DNA from: Oopsacas minuta
Lineage: Eukaryota; Animalia; Porifera
DNA length: 64,000 bases
NCBI GenBank assembly: GCA_024704765.1
Contig: JAKMXF010000301.1
Location: forward strand, 337,961 to 401,960
Reading direction: 5' to 3'
The position numbers and the translations under genes are program-made. Of this stretch, positions 37,255 to 48,262 are shown piece by piece; the first letter of the stretch is position 1; each line of letters begins with the position of its first letter. The notes beneath the pieces were generated by a model, which worked only from the letters and a program-made list of their open reading frames with translations, was not told the DNA's origin and did no database searches.

Positions 37255-39810
37255 AAATTCTTTTCGCTAATATAATTTTACAAATGAACAAGGAAACTTT
37301 CTGTGTAATATACTGTATGCCAACACATGGTTTGTGAAACCATTGGGTGCGAACTTGACAATTCACCATATTCTTGAAAGCGAACTCAGGTAGACGACCA
37401 ATACACCAAAGTCCAATTGTACATTCCAACTTCTTATTAACCTTTATCCGTTAACAGAATCTTTCAGAAATTGTAGGTAGGGGGTGATAATTTTTCAGAA
37501 ATAATGAAATTACGTAGGTGACGTCTCATATTGCCCTGGTTCCATCTCAATATACTTGATTCTAAACCATTCGCCAAAGCGATACTAACTACAATTGCAA
37601 AGACACCACAATCTGAAATACCTCTTTGTTGTTGTAACTCTTGAACTGTAACTTTTAAATCTTCAGTCTCGCTTCGATAAAGGGGTGCAAGTTGTATGTC
37701 CAGCCCTTCGCTTATACCCCGGGAAAATAACGAATTATATGCTGATATATTTCCTTCATCGTCAATCCTAGACACTTTCCAGTGTAATTTACCATCGTGG
37801 GGTGTATTTGAAAACAATTTAGTGCTGCTCCAACGAATTAGCGATCCTAATAAGATAAAAGCAAGGTTGAAACCGCTCGAACCGAACATCAGGATTAATG
37901 AATAGTACAATAAACGAATACTGATATTCGGTTGGTAACAGAATATTGAACAATTTGCCAAATAATATTCGGTTGCAACCTTGGATAAAAGACATGCAAT
38001 TTGAAATCTCAAATATTTTTACAATGATAAAATAGGCAAAATAATAGATTTACCTTAGATAAAATAGTATCCTGGAATCCTTCAATTTCTGGAAAATCAT
38101 TCTTTATCAAAACCTAAACATAATTTCATAAGTAACCGAGTAAAAGATGTTTAGTTGTTTGTCTGTTGTTCGTAGTTATAGAAAGGATTTATGCTATTTT
38201 GAAGTTGAATTTTTCAATTCCAAGATGTTGGAAACGTACATTTATCATATTTACCAATAAAGTAAACAGAATTCTATAAAATTAGACAAATGTACTGAAT
38301 GCACTGAAACCTATTTTCACACTAATGAATTAATCATACAGTTGAACCTCTTTAATTCAAAGGAAGGTCAAAAACATTTGTTCATTTATCAGAAGTTCGT
38401 ACAAACGAAGATTCATTGTTTGTAAATATATTTTGTTTATATGAATAAAAGAAAACAAATAAGCCAAATCTCAACGTATAGTAGAAACTTGGTCTCAAAT
38501 GGCAATTTCGGGCCATCTAACTTGTGGTACCATTCATTGGTCGCAAACAAAATTTTCTGCCCTTCACCAAATTTTCAGGATTCATAGGGTAAAATTTCCC
38601 TTAATCAAAATATTATGCCGCTATTTCGAACGACTAGTTCCCCTTATGGAAAGACAGGCCTTGAACTTTAGGAAGTATATTCAAAATTAGCGAAACGAAG
38701 TCGGGGACGTAGGTAATAAATGATATTGAAATGTAATATAAAATAATCTTAGAGAGAACTTACCCCAATGGCATTGATAGCTGCATCACAAAGAAAGGTC
38801 TGTCACTCGATAGCTCTTTAAGACAGTCATTCCTTACTTTTTCGCCCAAAATTCTCAAAATGCGACATTTAATGGAATTAAAGCCTTTGCTGCTGATAAT
38901 CCTGCCATTGAAACTACAGATGTTTCCGAAAGAGACTGAGGTGAGGTGAAGGGTGAGTGATCGGGTTGCTATTCTGATATGGTAATTGGTGTTGAATGGA
39001 TCGATTCACCAAGATAGGGTGGAGACAATAGGCCTTTCTCGGGAGAAGTACTTCGAGATATTTGCACATCGGAATTCGCAGAGGAAAATGAATGATAAGT
39101 TGGATTATATATGCTTTCGTCATCCAAGTCTGAATCGAAATAATCTTCCTTTGATAAATGTAAAGGTGACATGTCTCTAAAACTATCAGATAGATCCGGA
39201 GAAAATATTCGCGCATCGATTTGATAACCGATAGCAAAGTAGTTTGCCCATTTCTTTGATTGCTTGGGAAATGGAATTTTCTTGGGCCAAAAATTTGGCG
39301 GAGTTCACTTTTTCCCCAAAATTACGTGGTTTTCCTACAAGTAAAATATGATATACGTATTACCAAATTATTACTTACTTGAGTATTACACAGCAATTTG
39401 TTTCAAACAGCAGTACATACCCTGTACCCACGGAATAACAACAAAGGGTGGCTTCCAAAACCAAGGGTAAGAAGAACAGGAAACTTACTATTCATCTTTT
39501 GAGTTCCCCATGATAAAATCTTTCTTAACGCATGGACATTATGTGTGTGTGGATCTTGTTTCATCAGGTCCATCATTTCATCTTCTTTATTATGATCTCG
39601 AACAACTGTTGAGTCTCCGAGCACAGAGCGTTCTAATGTTAATATTCACCAAATTAGTTCTTTAGTTTCAGCCACATGCTTCCGGTAAGTAACACTTCCC
39701 AAAACTGATAATTGTCCCCTCCAGGAGCAGACTACCCTTACGGATTCTCCCGTTACCTTTGTAAACGTTGCAATTGCTTTAGCTAATGGTCCCTAGCGTT
39801 GCCTTGGTAA
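37255..39810 (-). pseudogene. Spliced Ulp1-like (C48-type) cysteine protease + PHD finger gene, degenerate
   Basis: In-frame splice FLCDAAINAIG|VLIKNDFPEIEGFQDTILSK (donor 38763, exon 38113-38054), HDGKLHW, YNSL, QQQRGISDCGVFAI, then WCIGRLPE..MVNCQV..QWFHKPCVG. 5' limit uncertain. Confidence 0.7.
37862..37983. mobile_element. 122-bp micro-element inserted in the Ulp1-like coding region
   Basis: TIR CAAGGTTG(A/C)AACCG, perfect 8-bp TSD GATAAAAG. Confidence 0.88.
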
Positions 39811-40164
39811 TACGAGGCATTTCAGTTAATTTGTACAAATTATAGTAAGAATTCTTCAGCTAGACTGGTAGAGTCTATAATTGAGTGGAATAACTGGGAT
39901 CTGAAAAGCAGTCAAATATAAAATAATCTGTATAATATACGCCTATTATGTACTCATGAATTCCTCCTGACTGAGTATTCTCGAATACTCGGGCAATTCA
40001 GTACAATTAGTCTATTATAAATGTGATGCAATGCGCATATTCAATAATAAATATTGATTACTCAGAAATACAAAACAGAATTATAAACTCAGGAAACAAA
40101 CATCGATCGGATCATGATAAACAAAATATGAAATTATGCATTCAGAGTTGCTACTCATAAATAA

Positions 40165-42792
40165 CACTACGTAACACAATTTTTGTTTGGCTTCAATTTT
40201 TGATGTTCCCTTATGTTTTTTGCGTCGCTGAATTCAAAAATCGTGTTAGTTTTTCCATATCATCAATGCTTTTTGACGTATTTACACTTTTTGCTTTTTC
40301 CGAACAAGTTGTGTTGTTCATTATATGCAAATTTACCTACAGCTCTTGTAATAGATTTAAACACGTAGTGATGTGTTGATGAGTTAATTTGAACATGAAA
40401 ATCATTACCAAACAGTACATTGCTGATTACAAGTCCTAAAGAAAACAAAACGCACTCATGTTAGAGAGTTAAAATACTTCAAAAATGAACTGTTGAACGA
40501 GCTTTTCTTTTGTGACCAGAAATGTCTTCCCTTATCAAAAACCACATGTAATCGCCCATCATTGCACTGTCCCAGCGGCCCTGATACCGTCTTTCCATTA
40601 GCTGAATATCTTGGTGAAATCTCTCGCCATGTTCCTCGCTGAAATCCCCCAAATTTTCTTGAAAGAAGTCAAGATGAGAGCATAGAAAATGAAGTTTCAA
40701 CGACATGCGACATCCCATCTTTTGGTAGCTTGTGATCAGAGTATTCACTATCTCTTCATAATTAGGATCTTTGTTATTTCCTAAAAAGCCATTAACTACA
40801 CCACGAAATGCCTGCCATGCTTTTCTTTCTGTTTCGGTCATTTTACCCTCCAGGGTTCTTGACTTTAACATGGTGGTTATTTGGGGGCCAACAAATATTC
40901 CTCCCTTTAGTTTAGCATCTGATAATTTTGGAAACATTGCACGGATTTCTTGAAAAGCTTCTCCTTCAAAATCCAAAGCTTTAACAAATTGCTTTACTAA
41001 ACCTAGTTTTATATGAAGAGGTGGTAGTAAAACTTTTTCCCGGCATACAAGTGGCTCTTTGATGACATTGTACTTTCCTGGCATTAATTCTTTTCTTGGC
41101 GGCCATTGAATCTTCGAGTAGTGCTCTCCATCAGCTCTGCTGTTCCACAAACAAAGAAAACATGAGTATTTGGTGTAACCACCCTGCAGTCCCAACAAAA
41201 ACCCCAACATCTTAAAATCACCACAGAGCTGCCAGTTAAATTCAGCATAGTTTATTTTAAGCAGTAGTTGCTTGACATTTTCATAGTCTTCTTTCATTTG
41301 TATTGAATAAGCAAGTGGAATTGACGGATATTTGTTCCCATTATGAAGTAAAACTCCTTTAAGACTTTTGGTGGAACTGTCAATAAAAAGTCGCCACTGA
41401 GAAGGGTCATGTTCAATTCCAACAGCATCAAACAAACCATTCACATCTTTGCAATAGCACAGATCCTGTATTACATCAAAGTAAACAGAATAGTCCAAGT
41501 GCCTCTTCCTGTAAGCAGTTATTTTGCAATCATCACGCAGCAAATTCCACTCGCTTAATCTTGACGTCAATAGCTCTGCTGCAGATTTTGTTAGTTGCAG
41601 ATCTCGTATTAAGTCATCTAATTCTCTCTTAGAAGGATAATGACGATCTGCACTTGTTGATTGGAGATACTCCTCCTCAGCATCCGAAGTTTCACTTGAT
41701 ATCGAGTCTTCACATTCAGTATTAAACTCCAACTAAAATGACAAGAATAAAACACAAGATGCAGATTGTGGGTCACCCTTACAGCATATAAGCTAGCGTA
41801 GCCTTATATTATAAAACATAAAACTACTTACATTTGCTGGTGGTTTTGGAACTGGTAAAGTTTCACTATGAGGAACAGGTGCAATGGATGATGGTATACT
41901 TGGATAAGTCAGTGCTCTTCTTCCCTTAACCTTGCGGTACTTAGCAATATTTACCATACAAAAGTAACAATCATCATGATGGTTTTGTGGCTCTCTCCAA
42001 ACTCTTGGAATAGCAAATGGCATAACTCTAGCGGAACCCCTCAACCAAGCTTCAAGATTAGATCGACAGCTGCCACAAATCACATGTGGGGCCCAGGCCT
42101 TTTCCTGATCCCCAATGGACATCCCAAAATACAGTCTATACGCTTCCCAATACTTAGCTTCTTTTGATATTTTATTTGAAACATGTTTGTCACCAACATA
42201 ATATCCACAAACATAGCAAAATGAGTCAGGTGAATTCTTGCATTGTCTACTAGCCATTGCAATTTCTAAATTTGAAAAACACTAACTTAACGTAAGAACA
42301 ACCAGCAAGTTATTTCTGCCTCTCTGCTAAAGGCAGTTATACTTATGCTTATACTAGCTGCTGGTAGCTTATAGTATTAATATAAGTAAATACTTTCCAA
42401 GTGAAGGTACTGGATAGCAAATAAACTATACGCAAGAACGAAATTTCTAAGTTTTGCAATCCTACCCCAGCCTGGAATTCTGATGCTGTTTAAGCTGTGC
42501 ATTCGCAGACACTTTAAGTGTCTCCCAGAGCTTAAAAAGACAAGAGACAGTGAAGGGAGTGCAAAATGTTTGTTATCTTTATTGTTATAGCACAAAAGAT
42601 TTTGATTGTGACGTACGTTTTTGCTGGGTTGGCTAAGCGTGTAACCTGCTCATATAAATAGGCTTCCTGAAAGCTAACGATCGATGATAGAAAAAAACTA
42701 ATTGTATTTTCGGAATCAGCGCCTCAAAATTATCCATAAACAATCAAAATATCAAGCCAAACAAAGATTTCATAAAAATTTGTTACGTAGTG
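40165..42792 (-). mobile_element. Chapaev3 (CMC) DNA transposon, structurally complete (2628 bp)
   Basis: TIR CACTACGTAACA.AATTTT, TAA (TWA) TSD on both sides, intact spliced transposase. Confidence 0.9.
40479..42257 (-). CDS. Chapaev3 transposase, 2 exons (42257-41832, 41732-40479), 559 aa, no stops or frameshifts
   Basis: 99-bp GTAAGT..TTTTAG phase-0 intron. FCYVCG, WREPQNHHDDCYFC, WRLFIDSS, CGDFKM, CFLCLWNSR, LPPLHIKLG, SEEHGERFHQDI. Confidence 0.9.
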
Positions 42793-42823
42793 TAATTAAT
42801 TTATTAATACACATGTGCACTAG

Positions 42824-44400
42824 CATAAGCGTAGAATTAGCCAAAGTAGGGAGGCTAGCTCCCCCACTTTACTAGAGGTCGATCTAGCCTCCCAGAACAA
42901 GAGGCTGGATCCACCAAGTAAATTTAAGGTAGCCGCATCATATACTCAATTGAATATAAACTAATGTTCCATTTGACATTAATCTTGATTAGAATTATGG
43001 CTAAATTTATCCGAAGAGAGCCCAAAAGAGCACATACAGAAGAACCTATGGCTGACAGTCCATCTGATACCACGCTCTACGTTTCCCTTCCTACAATACC
43101 GAAAAAGAACTACTCGTATCAGAATCACTGGGAGGAGAAATATACCTGGCTCGTATACATTAAAGAGAAAGATCACGTGTTTTGTAGGCACTGCAAGTGG
43201 TTCAGTGAATCAGGGAAGAGGGTCGCCTCCAAGTTCGCCAAAACTACCTTTACATCGGAGGGTTTTTCAAACTGGAAAAAGGCCCTAGAAAAGCTAGCTA
43301 CATACGAGGCTAGTGATATGCATAAGGAGGCAGTCAGTGCGCATGCAATATTCATTGGACAAAGGCAGGGGATTGATGCAGTACTATTTTCGAAGGCAGC
43401 AACAGAAAGTTGTCGCTAGGGAAGCAATGAAGGTCATTTTCGATACTTCTAAGACTATGGCCAGACAAGCAATAGCATTCAGGGGACATACCGAGGTAGA
43501 TTCTAACTTCTATCAAATCATGCGACTAGTTGTCCGTAGTGGCAGTCCTGGTTAGAGAAAAAGTATGACTGGAAAAGCCCGGAGTCTCAGAATGGAATAC
43601 TGAAGGTGCTGTACAGGGGGGTGATGGCTGTCCTGCTAGACTCGATTAAATGTTCTCCAGGAGGGCTCTTTGCAGTTATGGTAGACGATACTACAGATAT
43701 ATCTAATGTAGAACAGATGAGTTGTGTTTGAGATACGTGAAGGATGATTTAACCGTGTCAGAAATCTTCCTAGGTTTCATTGAGACTCCAAGTACCACTG
43801 GAGGTATAAACAGTTACGTGATTCACTAAATGCTCTGGGACTGTCTCTAGACCAGTGCAGGGGACAGGATATGATGGGGCCTCAAATATGATTGGCTGCT
43901 AAAGGGACTGGCTACTAGGGTATCGAACGACCTCCATTGGCTGTATTCAGCTACTGTAATGGTCATATGCTAAATCTAATTGTTCAAGACGCTTGTAAAG
44001 AACCTCACACCGTTAAGGCCTTAGATTTATTGTGTGCTGTAGTGAACTTCGTTAAGGATTCTCCAAAGCGTGAAGCATCCTTCGCTAGCTTTTCAAGACT
44101 GGAAGAACACAGTGGGTCGGTTGGGTTGAGACCTTTATGTTCAACTCGGTGGGTTTGTAGGGAACCAGCTCTGAAATCATTTGTACATAATTACGAAAGG
44201 CTAATGAAGTGGTTTGCTGAGCTGACGACTGCAGGATGTGCCTCTGACAAAAGGGTTTCCCTAGGATACCTCAATTCTTTTCGGAAATTTAAAAATTACT
44301 TCACCATTCTTCTACTGCAAAAGATATTCACAACGGTACAATGAACCCATTTGGCCATCCAGAAACCGAATTTAAGTATCACAAAATGCACAGAGAAAAC
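42824..44400 (+). mobile_element. hAT (ZMYM1-like, TTF zinc finger + DUF4371) relic, 3' truncated
   Basis: VFCRHCK..GFSNWKK, IAFRGH, SPESQN, VMVDDTTDISN, YCNGHMLNL, LRPLCSTRW. Many stops and frameshifts. Confidence 0.8.
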
Positions 44401-44599
44401 GATTCAGTAATATAGTGTAGGGAATTTTACAAATTCTCGCAAACTAAACTAATTATTGGAAGAGTCCGCTGTTTGTAATTTGGTAACGTTGCCAGTTAAT
44501 ATTGTACCTTACTAATATTACCTATCATAAAATTTCACTTGGAATGGTGGGTAATTATCGGGACGCACGGCATGATAAACAAGTATTTCGCGTACTCTG

Positions 44600-47500
44600 G
44601 GTTTGTCTACAGAGAAAGCGAGAGCCCGTGGCATATTCCACTTCTGTCACGTGCATAATTCAGCACTGAGGAACATCACTGAATAAAGTTTTCATTTATT
44701 TAGCCATTCTCCCAGTCGAAAAAGAAAGAGTTAACGTAATGATAAGACTATTGGGGTGTGCCACATTCTATATCATAATATCGGTAACTGAGATATGCTA
44801 AATATCCCAAAAAGATTTAGATAATGAAATGTAATATACAGACACTCCCGACATACGAACATTCGTAGAAACGAACAAAATAGTTATTTTCATATTTATT
44901 CACTGTGTACAGTAAACTACAAACTTGTGGTCACTACCAAACGCGCACAGGGCTGTATCACATAGAAAATACACAATTAAAAATAGCTACGACAGTGCAG
45001 CTTCATTATGATTAAACAATAGGCATTCACCTTACAAAGCAGCAATGCATTTTTATGAAAAATTCGTTTTGCGGGTTTAGGAACTATTGTATAGAAGTAG
45101 GCCCATTGTATTTTTGTAACTATTGTATATTTTAGAAGAAAATATACGGCATTGATCTTTGTCAAATATTTGAGGCATCGTTTACTCAGAATGGATAGTA
45201 AGAAGCGTAAGGCAAGTGATGCTAGTGGTAATGCTAATAAACGTCATGCTATCTCGATGGAAACAAAAGTGGCAATAATAAAAAAGCTAGAGAGTGGCAA
45301 AAAATGGTGAATGTAGCCCGCGCTTACAATATGAATCGTTCCACCATTGGTACGATATACAAATGCAATGATCGTGTTATGGAACACGTGAAGAGTGCAT
45401 GCCTATGCAGTCTACTATTATTAGCAAGAAGAGGAGTAAACTATTAGAAGAAATGGAAAAGCTTCTCGGTCTTTGGATGGAGCACCAGTGGCAGCGTCAT
45501 GTAGGACTTAGCCTCATGCTGATTCAGGAGAAGGCTAAGTCAATTCTTGAAGATTTTAAGGCTAAAACTGGTGAAAGTGCAGAAGAGGAGACTTTTGCTG
45601 CAAGCATGGATGGTTCCAACGCTTCAAGAAACGAACAAACTTGCATCGTGTTACTGTATTGGGTGAAACAGCAAGTGCCGACAAAGTGGCTGCCGAGAAA
45701 TTTCCAGTTATCTTGGAAGATATCATCAATGCCAGTGGTTATGCTCCTCAGCAAATTTTCAATGTGGACAAGACTGGTCTTTTCTGGAAACAAATGCCTC
45801 AGAAAACGTATATTAGCCGTGAAGAGAAGACGATGCCAGGCTTTAAGGCTGCGAAGGATAGGTTAACCTTGATGTTGGACGGCAATACATCAGGAGACTT
45901 CAAGCTTAAACCACTATTAGTCTACCGAGCTGAGAATCCACGAGCATTCAAGAATCTTACGAAAAATTCACTTCCTGTAATTTGGAAGTCTAATACAAAG
46001 GCCTGGGTGACACTCGTTGTATTCGAGGACTGGTTTCTCAACCACTTCATTCCCGAGGTCAAGCTGTATTGCTGGAAAATGGAAATCCCTTTCAAGATCC
46101 TCCTGCTTTTAGATAACGCACCTGGTCATCCTCCACATTTGGATGATTTTTACCCTGATGTGAAAGTTGTTTACCTTCCCCCTAACACAACTTCACTCCT
46201 TCAACCAATGGATCAAGGTGTTATTGCAAATTTTAAGAAATATTACACACGTCGTACCTTCAGCCAAGCATTGAAGGCAGTGGAAGATGATCATAATACG
46301 ACCTTAAGTGACTTTTGGAAGACATTTAACATCTACATGTGCGTCAAACACATTGATGCTGCATGGCATGAAGTTTCACAGACCAACATGAGCGGTGTTT
46401 GGAAGTTTTTGTGCCCACAGTTTGTCAACAATTTTCAAGGATTCAACAAGAAGAGGACAAGAAAATCCTTGAAAACCTTGTTGAAATATTTTAAAAGCTT
46501 GACATTGACCTGGATGAAGAGGACTTCGAAGAGCTGTTTGAGTCACATTCACAGGAATTGACAAATGAGGAACTAATGGAATTGGAAGCCATGCAAAGAC
46601 AATCCGAACAAGAAGACGAGGAAGAGATTCTTCCTATAAAGAAATTTGATACAAAGATGATGGCCGAGGGGTTTAGTCTTATCGAGGAAGCTCTCGCTAT
46701 TTTCGAGAATCAGGATCCAAATGATGAGAGATTTTCAAAAGTAGCAACAAGTGTCCGCGATTCCTTCCAATGTTATCGCATCATCTACAATGAAAAGAAA
46801 AGAAAGACAACGCAAACCTCCTTAGGCCAATTCTTCAAGAAGCGTGATGATCCTCGTGAAAACATCAAATCGGTGGTGGAAAATCTCCTTGAAAATGTAG
46901 AGGCAATGCCTTCAAACATATGTGTTTCATCTCCACTGCCCTCTTCATTATATGATCCCTCCGATGTTGATGGACCGTTGTAACACTTAAATATAGCCTA
47001 CTGTAGTGTATCCTGTATGTGAATATGTTCTGTGTTTTAAAATATTTTATTTTTGTGTCTTTCAATAAGATATCAATTATCAACTTGCATATTTGTTGTG
47101 TATAATGATGTAGAGGATGGTTTAGTAGGGATATATTGTGCTCAGCACCACAAAACAATACTCTATCAACTTGCGAACAATTCGAGGTACGAACGTCCGT
47201 CCGGAACGTAACTCGTTCGTTACCTGGAGTGTCTGTACTGATGTTGTCCTGGAATTCCAGTGAAATGAGCCAGCAGAGTTGATAAGGGGATCCTGCAACG
47301 TATGCAAGATATTTTCATTATCTTTCAATGGAGAATTCAATGTACTTCCTTCAAGACATTTGGTTTTCTAATTGATTATTATATGCGGATAGATTTCAGC
47401 AAAGGGCTCACCATATGTACGGTCTTTAATTTGGATACAAGATGCACCCATGTATGGTGAGAGTCCATTGAATGAGGTAATAGAATTTATCAATCGAACT

Positions 47501-48200
47501 ATAACATGTAAATTACCTCATGCTGATAGTGTGATAACCAATGGCGAAACCTGTTTACAAAGTCATAACGTCATAAATATACTCATTGTTTCAAAAGAAA
47601 GTCTTTTCGACGTTTTAAATTTAGTCATCCTTAGCGCAATGGTTCAAACTATGAGAACCACTGGAATTTGATATTAAGACGGACAGCTAATATGGGAAAA
47701 ATTGCTCATAAAGAGTCTCTTAAAGAGACTGCCTTGAAAATATACAAATTACTATCTCCCTACACGATTTCTTTGTAGAGTTATCACTAAGTGAAGAGGA
47801 ATATATTCTAAATTCAAGATCTTGTTTTAAAAGGTCAACTATAATCTTTCAACTTCATACAAATGAATTCAGTATTAGTGTCAATAATGAGATCATTTTA
47901 TATTTATGGAAAGCTAATAATGATCTATAATTTATTTTAGATCCATACGCACATGTTATAAATGTAACATCGTACATTGGTAAAGCGCAATGTGTCTAAG
48001 TTAAAGAAAGAGGCGACAGTATGTTGAAAAGCACGGGACACAACAATCTTGGAGAGACTTAGCAGAGTACCAAATAAATTTCAGAACTGCAGTGAAGTTG
48101 TAGCCCAGAAGTAGTCCTATCATCTCCTAATTATCCCTCTTTCCAAATATAGCCGGGATAATTGTTATACCTAGCCTTCTTTATAAGACCTACCATCAGA
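44600..48200 (+). pseudogene. Helentron/Helitron Rep-domain relic split by Tigger copy 2
   Basis: VMIRLLG.ATF (44740), DPATYARYF, RIDF..G.H..GLIWIQDAP (HUH region), LWKANND..FILDPYA, NKF.NCSEV.AQ. Confidence 0.6.
44839..47235 (+). mobile_element. Tigger/pogo transposon, copy 2 (same family and same frameshifts as copy 1)
   Basis: TA-flanked TIRs. ORFs 45641-46561 and 46558-46983 translate identically to copy 1. Confidence 0.95.
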
Positions 48201-48262
48201 CGTATCAGGGAAATGGTATTGTACGATAATTATTATAATAGCATTCCAGATTGGTTTCATGT

